This document shows positions 21,239 to 33,709 of a stretch of DNA of 64,000 bases, piece by piece. Position numbers and translations under genes: made by a program. The first letter of the stretch is position 1. Each line of letters opens with the position of its first letter. Source of the DNA: Rebecca billardiae RCC1528 (taxonomy: Eukaryota; Protista; Haptophyta); NCBI GenBank assembly GCA_965240325.2, contig OZ251231.1, positions 1,860,001-1,924,000 on the forward strand, written 5' to 3'. The notes under the pieces were generated by a model that saw nothing but the letters and a program-made list of their open reading frames with translations, was not told where the DNA came from and did no database searches.

Positions 21239-24200
21239 ATGCGACGGCAGGCCAGCCTCGCGTTGGCGGTGCTGGCCGCGGCGGTGGCGGCGGCGGGGCT
21301 GGTGGGGCCCTCGCGCCCCCTCGCCAGCCCGCTGCGCCGAGCCGCGCCGCTTCGCCCGCCCCCGCGGATGCAGAGCTCGGCGCCGGCCGGCAAGGGCGGT
21401 TGGCACGGGCGGCGCAAGCCGCCGCACGCCGCGGCGGCAGCAGCGCCGGCGGTCGAGTCGAACGAGGCGCTCGGGCTGCACTCGGCGCTCTTCGAGCACC
21501 CTCGCGTCGTGCGCGGCTCGCTGCGCAACGGGCTGCGCTACGCCATCCTGCCGAACGAATCGCCCGAGGGCCGGTTCGAGGCGCACCTCGAGATGCACGT
21601 CGGCTCGTGCGAGGAGGCGGACGACGAGCAGGGCCTGGCGCACCTGGTGGAGCACGTGACGTTCATGGGCTCGCGCAAGCGCGAGCGCCTCTTCTCCACC
21701 GGCTCCAAGTCGAACGCGTACACCGACTTCCACCACACCGTCTACCACTTCCAGTGCCCGAACCGGGACCAGTCCGGCCGGCCGCTGCTGCCGCTCGCGC
21801 TCGACGCGCTGCGCGAGATCGCGTTCGAGCCCGAGCTGCTCGGCTCGCGGATCGAGAAGGAGCGCAAGGCGATCCTCTCCGAGCTGCAGATGATCAACAC
21901 CATCGACTACCGCTGCTCCACCATGCACCTGCGCGAGCTGCACTCGGACAACCCGCTCTCGCGCCGCTTCCCGATCGGCCGCGAGGAGCAGATCTTGCAG
22001 TGGGACGCGACGCACGTGCGCGCGTTTCACGCGACGCACTACCTGCCCGACGTGGCGGACCTGTACATCGTGGGCGACGTGGACCCCGCCCAGGCCGAGC
22101 GGCTCATCGCCGACGCCTTCCGCTCCGTCCGCGGCCGCCCGCGCTCGCTCGCCGGCCTGAAGCGAGACGAGCGGCGCGCAAAGCCGCAGCTGTCTCACAC
22201 GTGGACGCTGGCCGCCCTGCCGCCGAGCACGGCGTGGCGCGGCTCGGTGGATCCGTCGGCGGACTTGCCGCCGCCGACCGTCTTCAAGCACGAGCTGCTC
22301 CAGTCCTTCTCGCTCACGCTCTTCGCGAAGGTGCGCGCGCGGGCGCGCCGACGGACGCCGCGCCGACCGCCGACGCCGCGCCGCGCCGAGCTGCGCGGCG
22401 GCGCCACGCGCGTGCGCGCTCGCTCTGGCTCCGTGTGCGCGCCGCGCGCGCGCAGGCGGCGGGCCGCGCGGCCTTGCTCACCCCGTGTGCCACTCCCGCG
22501 CTGCCGCCCCACCCGCCGCGACTCTCTCTCTCGCTCGCGCGCAGGAGCCCGTGGCCAAGCGCGCGCGCGTCTCGGACCTCGCTGACTTCCTGACCGACCG
22601 GATCGTAGCGTGCTGCGTCGCGCGCCGGCTCAACAAGCGCGAGCGGCCCAACCCGCCGTTCACCGGCGTGGAGTTCGACGTGAGCGACGCGCCGTCGGAG
22701 GCGTGCGTCGTCTCGACCTTCATCGTCTACGCCGACGCCGCCGCCGAGCGCTGGGAGCGCACCGTGCAGCGCGCGCTCGGCGACCTGCAGCTGCTGTCTG
22801 CGCACGGGCTGAGCTGCGCCGAGGTGGAGGCCATGCGGGCAGCCATCCTGGCAGACTCGCGGCTGCGCGCGCAGCAGGGCGCGACGCCGTCGGCGGAGCT
22901 GCTCTCGGTGATGATGGAGTCGGACTGCCTGGGGCACACCTTCGTCGAGCCCTCGCACTACGACCAGGCGCTGCAGCTCGCCTCCGAGGCCGTGGACGAC
23001 GCGCGCGTCAACAGCCGGATGCGGGATCTGATCTCGCACATCACGAGATACGGCGAGCCCGACGCGCCGCGCCCGGCGGCGGTGGTCGTGTGCATGCCCG
23101 AGCGCGGCGGCGACGGCGTGGTGGACGACCGGAAGCTGAGCGCGAGGCTCGACGCGATGCTCCGCGCGCGCGCCGCCACCGCCTCCGCCGCGCTCGACGT
23201 GCCCACCCCCTCTGAGCTGATCCCTCCGGATGTGCTCGACTTCAGAGCGCGCGCCACGCCGCCCGCATGGGCGGGCGGGCCGGCCGAGGGCGGCAAGGAG
23301 CTCAAGTGCGTGGACGAGCGCAGCGGCGCGGTGATCCAGCTGCGCCGGCTGGCGAACGGCGTGGCGGTGAGCACCGTGCGCACCGCGAGCGAGTCCGACG
23401 CCGTCGTCCTCCGCCTCTGCGCCCCCGGCGGCCGCGCGGCCGAGGATTCGTCGCTGCCGGGTGCGCTGCTCCTCGCGACGGCGACCATGCTGCATGGCGG
23501 CTCTGTGGGCGCGCTCAGCCGCGAGCAGGTGGAGCTGTACTGCATCTCACACCTGATCGAGCTGAACATGGAGGTGCGCCGCCGCGCCGCCGCGCCCGCG
23601 CCGCGCCTCCTGTGCGCGCGTCCCACGCCGCGCGCTGACCCGCCGCCCCTCCCGCGCGGACGCACGCCGCCGCGCGCGCCCGCGCGCCGTGCCGGCGGCG
23701 CGGCGCCCTCAGGTGACGGAGGAGGTGGTGAGGTGGGACCTGCACTGCCCCGTGGGCGAGCGCGGCGCCGGCCTGGCGGCTGCGCTCGAGCTCGTCCACG
23801 CGCTCATCGCCGACTTCCGCTGGGAGCCCGACGCGCTCGAGTACACGCGCGAGCTGTACGCCGCGCAGCATGACGCGCGCGCGAAATCTCTGGAAATGTC
23901 CGCGACGAGCGCGCTGCAGGTGCGCGCGCGGCCGCGCGCGCCGCGCCGCGCCGGCCGCGCGGTGCGGTAGGGTGCGGCGCGAGGCAGGGTAGGCGGGGCG
24001 GCGCCTCGGCCGCGGTGTGCGGTGTGTGCGCGCGAGCGATCTGTGTGGAGCGAGAAGCGCGAGGGCGGTCCACGTCGCACACACACACGGCCGGCCGCGC
24101 GGGCCGCGCGGCGCGCGGCGCGCGGCGCGCTCTCTCCAACCCTCCCCGCCCTCCGCCGCGCGCGCACTCGCCTCGGCGCCCGCGCAGACGGCCGTGTGGG

Positions 24201-25204
24201 GCGGCGACGCGCGCTTCCTCGAGCCCACGCCCGCGACGCTGCGCCGCCTCGGCCTCAAGCAGCTCGAGCGCGCGATGCGCCGCGCCCTCGCCACCGACCG
24301 GATCGAGCTGACCGTGGTCGGCGACTTCGAGCCTCGCGTGCTCGACGCGCTGCTGCTGCGCTATGTCGGCACGCTGCCGCCGGCCGGGCAGGCGGACGGC
24401 GGCGGCGGGCCGGCGGGCGCGCTCAGCCGGCTCGCGGGCGGCGGCGTCGGCCGCCGCGCCGCCGCGCCCGCCGCCGCGCCGCTGCTCCCCGCCGACGCCG
24501 TGCCGCGCCCGGACCGCTCGCGCCCCGTGCAGCGCATGGCACTGGTGGACTCGGAGCCGCGCGCCATCGCCTACATCTGGGGCGCGTGCACGCCCCGCTA
24601 CCCGCGCGCACCCGGCACGCCGGCCGCGCACCCGCTGCGCATCGCCGTCGCCCTCGAGCTGCTCACCGAGCTGATCAACTCGCGCCTCTTCTCCGTGCTG
24701 CGCGACATGCTCGGCCTCGTCTACGAGTCGTGCGTGCGCTTCTGCGAGTACGAGCTGCTCCCGGCGAACGGCTTTGTGGTGACCATCTCGGCCGCGCCCG
24801 CCAAGGTGGACGCGGCGCACGAGGCGGCGCTGAGCGTGCTGCGCGACCTGAGCTCGGGCCGGCAGCCGCCGAGCGAGTACGACCTGAACAAGGCGCGCCG
24901 CGCGGTGCTCGCCACCTACGACTCGCACGCCAAGGACAACAGCTGGTGGCTCGCCAAGCTGCAGCACGTGTGCTCCGGCGCGGCGCCCGGCAAGGACGTG
25001 CGCTGCGTCACGGACTACGTGCAGATCGTCGAGGCGATGAGCGTACACGACCTGCGCGAGGTCGCGGCGACGCTCGAGGTCGACGATGGCGAGGCGTTGT
25101 CCGTCATCATGGCGAGCGAGCCGCACCCGGAGGCGGCCCATGGGCACGGCCGCGGCGGTGGCGGAGCCGACGCCGCAAATCCTGACGGCGCACATGGCAG
25201 GTGA
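21239..25204 (+). CDS. SPP: M16 metallopeptidase, stromal processing peptidase-like; introns 22331-22544, 23574-23712, 23920-24187
   Basis: HLVEH (HxxEH), RFEAHLEMHVGS, SNAYTDFHHTV, RFPIG, INSRLFSVLRDMLGLVY. Signal-peptide-like N-terminus followed by a basic transit-like segment. Three frame-consistent GT-AG introns. Confidence 0.85.
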
Positions 25205-25878
25205 CCGGAGTGACTACGCCCACGGCTCAGGCTGCGTTCCGCTGTACATACTTCCTGCCAGTCGTCCGGGACGGACTCCACTCACGGACCGCCTGAATCC
25301 GTGACGCTGTCGTGTGGTGACATGGACCCTGACAGACCGCAGCATGAGCCTCAGCGTCCGAGCGTCGCACTGTACACTAGCATCGGCTGCCCGGCCTGTA
25401 GTGTGCGCCTCGGCCCCGCGGGAGGCCGGTCACGCGGACGCACGGCTGACCAAGGGTCGTCACTCGACGTAATCTGAATCGATGATTATGACGATGATGA
25501 CGATTAGTACAAACAAAGTCGGCGAGTGGGTAAAGCGGGTACTGTACATGGGTACTTGATGAGGATGGACAGGTGAGTGAACGAACGAACTATGGGCCTT
25601 AAACGAAAACTGAGCGCGATCAAGACTTAACGACGGGGTAACCACTGGTGACTTGACGAGAGCTTTCGTAGAGTCCCCAAAACCGGCTTAAGGAAGTGGA
25701 AAGTGCTCGGAAAAGTGCGATTACAGGAGTAGCCGGAGCGAGGCTAAAGTGCGTACGGGGGTAGCACTCAAACGCAGCGCCAGCCCTTGTCCCTTCGGTT
25801 GACGGAATATTCGAGACCGATCCGCCTGGGGCCCCCAACCCTTCCTCCCTCGGTCCAGGGAGCGTGAACGGCAACGCC

Positions 25879-27088
25879 ATGACAAAGCGCGGCAGCTCCG
25901 GCAAGAAGTGGGCAAAACAGGCAGATAGCGGCGACGCGGCTCTCTATCCGCATGGAGAGTCTCGCGTCGGCCCCGAGTACCAGGCGGTGCCCCCGATGTG
26001 GCACCCATTACCCGACACGGACGTGAAGGTTCGGTTCCTGCACACGGGACGGTCGGCGTGCGAGCCGCTCCCGGGCTCTTGGTCCACGGACGCGGACGAT
26101 CACAAGTGGACGCAGGAGGAAAGGGCCCTCTTCTTCGCCGGCTTCGAGCGGGTCGGCGAAGACTTCCGAGCCTTGTGCGTGCTGCGCCCCGCCATGCCCC
26201 GCGGCGAAAGCGGACAGCGCGCGAACCGACCGCTCACCCGCCTGCCGGAGCGCCTTGCGTCGCGCAGGAGAAAGCGCTTCCTGCCGCATCTCGCCGTCGG
26301 CGACTTGGTGTGCTTCTATTTCCTCAGCCAAGGCCGAGGTTGGCAACCACTCCGTGGCACACCGCAGGCCGTGTGGCCGAAGCGCACTCCGGCTTCGCGA
26401 AGCAGAAAGTGCGCGCGGCAGCCGTGGGCGCGCGCGCAGCGACGCAGACGGAGCGGCATGCGATGCTCACTCACGCGCGCGCGTGCCACCTATCCCGCCG
26501 CGCGCATCCTCCAGGCGCACTCCCTTCGGCGCACGTGCTCCCAAGTGGAGGCGCACGCCCACCCGCGAGCGCGTGGCCGCGCCGTCGTGCGCGGAGGAGG
26601 ATTCCGTCGTCGTGGACGTGCTGGGCGACGGCGGGGACGCGGCGGAGGCGAAGCCTGCGGATGTCTTGCCGCCGCCGTTCAAGCGCCAACGACTCGACTC
26701 CTCGCCTCCTTCGACCGCCGTGTCGGCGGTCACCGCCGCCGACTCGACGATGCGCTCCTTCGATGCGGCCACGTCGCACGCCGCTGCCGCAGAGGGATGC
26801 GAGCACATCAGCGCCGGCGCCACGGGCGCTCGCGCAGGCGGCAACGCGAGCAGCGGACCCGTGTCGGCGGCAAGCCGACCTTCCTACCCCGCCGTTACGG
26901 GTCACGATCCGCTCATCCTCGCGGCCATGGCGGCGAACGATCGCAGAAAGCAGTGCACACGCCGGCCGTGCGCGACCGCTGGCTGCCTGCTGCATGAGCA
27001 TCATGAAGGCGAGCACAAGGTTGTGCCGCCCCGAGCCAAGCAGAGCGAGGCGAAGGTGCCGCGCTGGCTACTGGCGCTCGCGCAGTGA
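25879..27088 (+). CDS. ELM2-SANT/Myb-like nuclear protein; introns 26175-26267, 26409-26514
   Basis: SRVGPEYQA (ELM2-like) and WTQEERALFFAGFERVGEDF...LVCFYF (SANT). Splicing joins the frames through to the stop at 27088. Confidence 0.7.
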
Positions 27089-27253
27089 GGGAGGGGTCGC
27101 CTGCGCGGTCGCGCTCCTTGGGGCGCCTTGGAGGTGCCTTTTGGTCTGCGCGTGGGCGGCACGGCAAGTCATCGGATGACGGATCCGGGTCCGGGCGGGG
27201 GAGTCGTCTGCACTCCGCGATTCCGACTTCATCAGACCTCAGGGGTCTGGCCG

Positions 27254-27725
27254 TAGTGGGGTCAGAGCTCCGACCGTTACACTCCCGAGTGACACAATCT
27301 CCCGAAATCTCGAAATATGAAATATCTCCTGGCGGAGTTAGACTTAGTCGAGTAACTGTTTGATTCCGCCGTTTATTAAGTTCGTTTTTAAATTAGGACT
27401 TATAGTAATTCCAGGCGGTGTAGAATCCGCCTGTGCCAATCAAAATGTGATCTAGACGGTGCGATTCTGGTGCAAATAGCGAGATCACCTTGGAGATCGT
27501 GTATCTCCCCTACTAATGTTTCCGAGATCGCGTCGAGATTGAGGTCGTATATATCTCCAGTATGTGACATTTTTATTCGCTAAAAACTTGTCCGGCGTGA
27601 CCCAGCTCATTTCAGATTTTCAGGCGAATTATTGACATCCCGAAGTTTGAGAACCTCATCTCAAGACGACAGGAAGTTGGATTTTATTGGGCCACGCACC
27701 CCCCAGTGGGGCTCTGACCCCTCTA
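27254..27725. mobile_element. MITE / non-autonomous relative of the 52021-58150 transposon
   Basis: TIRs TAGTGGGGTCAGAGC ... GCTCTGACCCCTCTA, AT-richer non-coding interior, and subterminal gacatcccgaagtttgag resembling gatatcccaaagtttcag of the large element. Confidence 0.8.
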
Positions 27726-28109
27726 GGGTCTGGGACGATTTGTGATTTTGTCCGCGCAACGTGAGTCGTGATTACAGTCTGTGACCGGGAGTTCCGGCAG
27801 TTCCGCCTCCGCGGCTCTGGACGTCAATGAGTTATGATTATTCAAGCACTTAATCTTATAATGTGGCGGCGGAAACTGAAACGGCTGCGAGTGCGACGGC
27901 GCCGGCACTCCCGCACTTCGCATGCAGACAGACTACCACACTGCGCGCGGCCGCGTCGTCGAGGCCTGTAAGAGTAAGACTGATGAACGTGACATGTGTC
28001 GAGTACTCGTACGGGCTGTAGCGGGGCGCGCGTGAGGCTCTCCGGGCCTCGCGTGAAGAGTCGGAAGCCCGCGCCCGACGCGGGCAAGGTGGGGCAGCGC
28101 GATGCGGCT

Positions 28110-28950
28110 CTACTTCTTCTTGCCAGCAGAGCCCCCTCGCGAGCCCTTCTTCCCGCTGCCCCCCTTGCTGGCGGTCTTCCCTTTGCTGCTCGAGCCCTTG
28201 ACCACCGGCGGTGGCTCCGGATCAGCAGATACGGCGGCAGCTGGTGCCGCTGTGGGCGCTGCCGCTGGCGCCTCTGCCGGAGCGAACTCCTTCGTCGCCA
28301 GCAGGTCGGGCTCGGGTGGCGGCACGTACACGCCGCAGTCCACGATCAACACCTTCGACGTTGGGCTCCCCGAGTACGTGCCCACCGACTCGATGCGCTT
28401 GACAACGTTGAAGCCCTCGACGACGAGCCCGAACGCCACGTGGATGCCGTCCAGCCAGTCCGTCTTTGTGAGCGTGATGAAGAACTGCGAGTTGTTGGTG
28501 TTCGGGCCCTTGTTCGCCATCGAGACGACACCAGGCACGCTGTGTTTGAGCTCGAAGCTCTCGTCGGGGAAGCTCATGCCGTAGATGGATCGCCCACCCG
28601 TGCCATCGGCATGTGTGAAGTCTCCTCCGTGCAGGCAGAAATTGGGGAGAACTCGGTGGATGGGCGAATTTTTGAAGCCGAAGCCCTTGATGCCCGTGCA
28701 GAGCAATCTGAAGTTCTCACACGTTCTGTTCCGCGCGGTGGTGTGTCGCACGCGCGGGGTTCGTGAGCGGTGTGATCGTCACGTATCAGGGTCGTCATCG
28801 GCCAACCGTGCCGCGCGCTGTGCAGCGCGGCCCGCGGGCGCACTTTGGGCATGCAGGAGTGTTAAGCTCGATGACTATTCGGCCCGCATCGAGGCCTCCG
28901 ATGGTGATGTCCAAGAACACCTCATCGCCTGTGCCAATTCTGTTCGGCAT
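28110..28950 (-). CDS. Cyclophilin-type peptidyl-prolyl isomerase; intron 28726-28843
   Basis: [16 protein letters not shown], spliced [47 protein letters not shown]; Lys-rich tail. Confidence 0.92.
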
Positions 28951-29138
28951 GCAGAGATGGAGCCCAGAAAGCAAGCCGCCACCCGTCACGCAGCGAGGGC
29001 AGACGCCATCGCTGGGCGTTCGATGAAGGACGCGCTCGCCCGCGGGAAAGTAACGACGACGGTCCCAGACTGAGCAGTTGCGGCAAACAGTGTCGGGACC
29101 TGGTCTCCTGGAGGCTCGCCCCCGCTGCTCGCGTAAGC

Positions 29139-30266
29139 ATGTTTCGCGCTGGTGCGCTCATCGTCGCGACCCTGGTCGGGTATGTCGCGGCGGACAACCA
29201 CGCCGGTGTCACGGCGAATCCGCTCCCTGCGGGCTTCTTCCCGGAGGGCGTCGCGGCTGGCGAGCCTGGGATGCTCTACATCGGCTCGCTCGCCGGCTTT
29301 GGTATCGTCAAGGTGGAGGTAGCTACTGGCACGGTGACGCAGTTTGTGCCCCCGGCCTGGAGCGGCGGGCCCACGACTGTGGTCGGCCTGACGTATCACG
29401 ACGGCTATCTCTACGCGTGCGCTGGCCCCGCGATGTCCTCCAACTCGCTCCTGGTCTACGACTCGGACGGCGCGCTGGTGAAGACGCACGAGCTTGGTGC
29501 TTTGTTTGCCAACGACGTGATCGTGTATGGCCACCACGCGTACGTGACGGACTCGGTCGTGCAGCAGTACTACCAGGTGCCACTCGCACTCACGGAGGGC
29601 CCGGTCGTGACCAAGACCCTTGGCGGCTTTTGGGACAGCAGCGAGGGCGCGTTCAACACCAACGGCATCGAGGTGTCGCCGACCATGAAGTCGCTGCTGA
29701 TGGTCAACATGCCGTCGGGCGACCTGTTGGAGGTGTGCCCGATGACGGACACGACGACGAAGGTGCCGCTGACTCAGAATGGCGAGCCCTTCGCCCTCAC
29801 GGGCGGCGATGGCCTCGCGCGCTGCGGAAACTCTCGCCTCATTGTCAACCAGGGCAACAGCATCGTCATCGTGAATTTCGAGGTGATGACATCGAGCGGC
29901 GGCGAGGAGCAGCTCGTTGGCGCGGTCGAGCGCGTGATCCAGTCGTCACTCTTCGACACGCCGACGACGAACGCGCCCATCGGTGACGGCATCTACACCC
30001 CGAACGCGCGGTTCGGCATCCCCGATGCGGAGCGCACCCCCGACGTGAGCTACGACCTGCTCAAGGTGCCGCTCGGCGAGATCTCGTGCGAGTACGTGTG
30101 TCCAGACGGCTGCGTGCCCCTCACGGTCCAGGCGGCGATGCGTGACATGGACATGGACATGGACATGCGCCGGCGCGCGCGCCGTCGGCTCCTCTTCGGA
30201 AGCTTCGAGCCCAAGCCGGTGGAGATCGAGTGCCCGCTCGGCTGCATGCCGCCGCCCCAGGACTGA
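29139..30266 (+). CDS. Secreted beta-propeller protein (SMP-30/gluconolactonase-like) with Cys-rich C-terminal module
   Basis: Signal peptide, FPEGVA, FANDV, YVTDS, NTNGI, GGDGL, DTPTT; C-terminal CPDGC...RRRLLFGS...CPLGC. Confidence 0.7.
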   Translation: MFRAGALIVATLVGYVAADNHAGVTANPLPAGFFPEGVAAGEPGMLYIGSLAGFGIVKVEVATGTVTQFVPPAWSGGPTTVVGLTYHDGYLYACAGPAMSSNSLLVYDSDGALVKTHELGALFANDVIVYGHHAYVTDSVVQQYYQVPLALTEGPVVTKTLGGFWDSSEGAFNTNGIEVSPTMKSLLMVNMPSGDLLEVCPMTDTTTKVPLTQNGEPFALTGGDGLARCGNSRLIVNQGNSIVIVNFEVMTSSGGEEQLVGAVERVIQSSLFDTPTTNAPIGDGIYTPNARFGIPDAERTPDVSYDLLKVPLGEISCEYVCPDGCVPLTVQAAMRDMDMDMDMRRRARRRLLFGSFEPKPVEIECPLGCMPPPQD

Positions 30267-32744
30267 GTAGCTTAGTGTCTCAGTGCGAGTACGGCCTGCG
30301 GACCGAGCAGGTCGGACCGGCGTCGCGCCGCACGAGCAGCACCACATCTTCTCCGCCTCGCTGCGCTTCCAGAGCCCCGCCGAGCAGGAGGAGTACATCC
30401 GCTGGCGGGGCGAGACGAAGGGCTCGCTGCCGAATCTCGACTTTGAGTTTGCGTGGTATCCGGGCTATCCGGACGGCCACGCGGCTTTGACGAGGTGGCC
30501 CGAGCGCCCCGAGCCGGACAGCCGGACAGGGCCCCGTGTCGATGGGATATGGGCAACTCGCAGCGGGCAAGTGCGTTACGAGTGAGCTTAGCAGGGCTCA
30601 CTAACTCAGTCAGAATAGCTTATTAGCTGGCGCAGCATGAAAACATTCTGATGACGATGCGTGATTGAGTGACGATATATATCTCGGTCCGACTTCAAAG
30701 AGTCGTAGTAGAACGGTAGACTTGAGTCACGATACAGTTACTAAGTACAGTATAGCCGTACCGGTACCCGCGCGGGCCGCGCGTGGTCACTCACCGTGGA
30801 CGTGGTGTACAGCTAGACTGCATACAGTCCTGACTCGCCCGCCCCGGGCTGACCGAGTCACCGAGTCATCCGAGTGCCAAATCCGGTAGGGCGGTAGTAT
30901 GTAAACTATCAGTAGGATGATGTGACACTGACGACAGAGTAGTCTGACGCCCGATCAGTAGACAGACAGTAGCTACTCTCACGTCTCTCGAGACTCGACC
31001 GTCTGGGCGTCTGGCGTCTCGCTCAACACGCCACGCGGCCATCACGCGCCCACGCGGTGCCGCCGCCGTGCGCGCCGTGGCGCGGTGCCGCGGGTGCCGG
31101 GTCGGCGGCGGGCCGCCGTTCCCGGCCCGCCATTTTCCGGCGCACGGCCACGGGCGCAACCGTGGCTGTTCCGTAGTCATAGTTCCGAATGAAGCGGCGA
31201 CGAATCAGTACTCGAAGAGTATATAGCTAAGTAAGCTACTATCGCCATTACCAAATACCGATTACGCGGTCCGCGCGTGACCCGGCCTGCGCAGCTGTCA
31301 GTCCGTGCGCTCGGGCGCGCGGCTGCGCCGCCGCTGGTGCCGGGCCGGGGCCCGCGGGCGGCCCGCGTCCGGCGCGCTGGCCCCGCGGCCGCGCGGCTGA
31401 TGGCGGCGGCGCCTCGCCGCCCCCTGACGGGGCGGCGCACTGTCTGTCCGACCGACTCCGCGCGGGACTCATTCCGGGTCCGACAGTCAGTCAGTCAGGC
31501 CGTCAGGCGCGCGGACAGACAATGGTGCTGCGGCCGGAACTGCCAGCCAGTGCCCGACGGTCCGACTAGTTAGTCAGTCAGGCGGCTGGCGAGTGGCGGG
31601 CTGGCGGCCCGCCGAGAGTGTCGCGGGAGTGCCGCACCGGCCCCGGTGGCCGGTGCGGCACTGCCGACTGCGGCCGGCCCGGGGCCGGGTGCGCGCGCCG
31701 GCGCGCCGGCGCGGCCGCGCGGGCCAGGCCGGCCGCCCGCCGCCGGGCCCTGCGCCTGTGGCCCGCGGCCTGGCCCCTGCGCCGGCGCCGGCGCTGGCGG
31801 CCGCCGGCGCGGCCGCCGGCGCCCGCTCGGCCCCGCCCGCCCGCCCGCCCGCCCGGGGCCCGGCCGGCCCCGCGGCGGCCCGCGCCGCGGGCCTGCCGGA
31901 GTGAGCCTGCCCCGGGCAGCCCCGGGCCGCGCCGGGCGCCGCGCGGGGCGCCGGGGCGGCGGTGGGCCAACGGTGTGACTGACGCCGAGGCAATGATAAT
32001 GCCAGGCGGGCTTGAGGGGAAAAACGATCTCCCTATGTGGGTCACACAGGTTACTATGATCTCCTGAATTACGATAACTAAATCCTGGAACATGTAGCAC
32101 ACGGGTACATGCGATTAAATATGGATGCACACCTATGTGCCTATACGTGTAGTATTATGATACATCAATAATCCAATATCGATATGAGTGATAATACACG
32201 TATTTAATAAATTATTTAATTTTTACAATGGTGCATGAACGGATTTTAATTTTAACGGCCGCATATTTTTATGCCATTCAAAATATGCCATTCAAAATAT
32301 TTAATTGTTTTCAAATAAATTTTAAGACTGCTCTAGTACTTACAATTTAAGACTGCTCCGAAGTTTTATAATACAATATCAGTGTATAATTCGAACGTAT
32401 TTTAATAATGCTGCGGAATAAAATATATTATTATAGACTGATACGCACATATTTTAATAATGCCGCGGAATAAAATAGATCGATGTTTTAAGACTACTCG
32501 GGTCTTTATTTAATTATAATATCGCGGTGTAGTTGAAATATATGTTTTAAGACTGCTCCGGTAGTCGAATTATAGTCGTCTCGCCGTGGTCGGGTTTTAT
32601 TGTCTTGGTGCTGGTATATTCGTTGCTAGTTGTTATTATTCGAGTGGTTACCCAGCATGGAGGTGTTGCGCTTTTTTGGCGAGGGTAAGTCGAATGGCGG
32701 TGGTTACAGGTTACATCGCCTTATCTCGCTGAAATTTGGCGAGA

Positions 32745-33112
32745 GATTCTGAGCTGCTTCGTGTACAGGCGCCCAGAATTTCGGCAGGATATTCTGAACG
32801 GCTGCATGGGTTGACGCCCAAGATTTTGGCGGGAGATTCTGACCGGCTGCATATGTTCACGCCCAGAATTTTGGCGGGAGGATTCTGACCGGCTGCATTG
32901 TTTCACGCCCAGAATTTTGGCAGAAGGTTCTGAGCGGCTGTATGTACTGGCGCCTGAATTTCGGCTGGAGATTCTGAGCGGCGGTATATGGGTTCACGCC
33001 CAGAATTTTGGCAGAAGGTTCTGAGCGGTTGTATGTACTGGCGCCTGAATTTCGGCTGGAGATTCTGAGCGGCGGTATGGGTTCACGCCCAGAATTTTGG
33101 CAGAAGGCTCTG
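32745..33112. repeat. 45-bp (90-bp dimer) satellite, left part
   Basis: gcccagaatt(t/c)ggc...ttctgagcgg units, interrupted by the Copia at CTCTG. Confidence 0.9.
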
Positions 33113-33443
33113 TGTCAAAGGGTGAAGAGAGCGACGGGGCCGTGAGGCCCGAGGCCGAGGCGTGACGCTGAGGCTCGTCGGTGCGGACGACGAGGAGTTG
33201 GGAGTTCGACTCGAGGTGCGGTGAAGCGACACGGAACTGAACTGCCCTGGCGAGGAAGGAATCCCGAGCCGTCTAAGACTGTGCTGGAGGCACTGATAGC
33301 CATCAACGGGTAAGTCGGGAAAGTGGCCATGATGGGCGCGTGTATGATCCCGACTCGATAATGAATGTCGGTGTAGTGTGACGGTTGGTGATCCGGGTGT
33401 GTACGCACGGGAGAGCGAGTCCGGGTAACGTTGGATCTTGACA
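33113..33443 (-). repeat. 3' LTR (331 bp)
   Basis: Matches the 5' LTR apart from an extra 6-bp cgaggc. Confidence 0.95.
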
Positions 33444-33709
33444 CCCCCACCCAATCGCAGCGGTGGTCGTACGAAACCTGGTCGACCCGAAGGGACTGGG
33501 TGTAGACGTGTGACCATCGTGTGATTGTAGATGATGCGATGTTGCCGTATGGGATGCATGCGTCGGAGCGGTTGTCCGAGTAGACGATGTAGAAGTCGGG
33601 CGAGTCGGTGCCGGCAGCGTCTCCGTTCAGAAGAGACAGCGTGAGGTCAATGTGCGTCCGACGAGCGGCGACCGATGTAGCACTGGGACTTCGTGTGTGC
33701 GGCGAGGCC

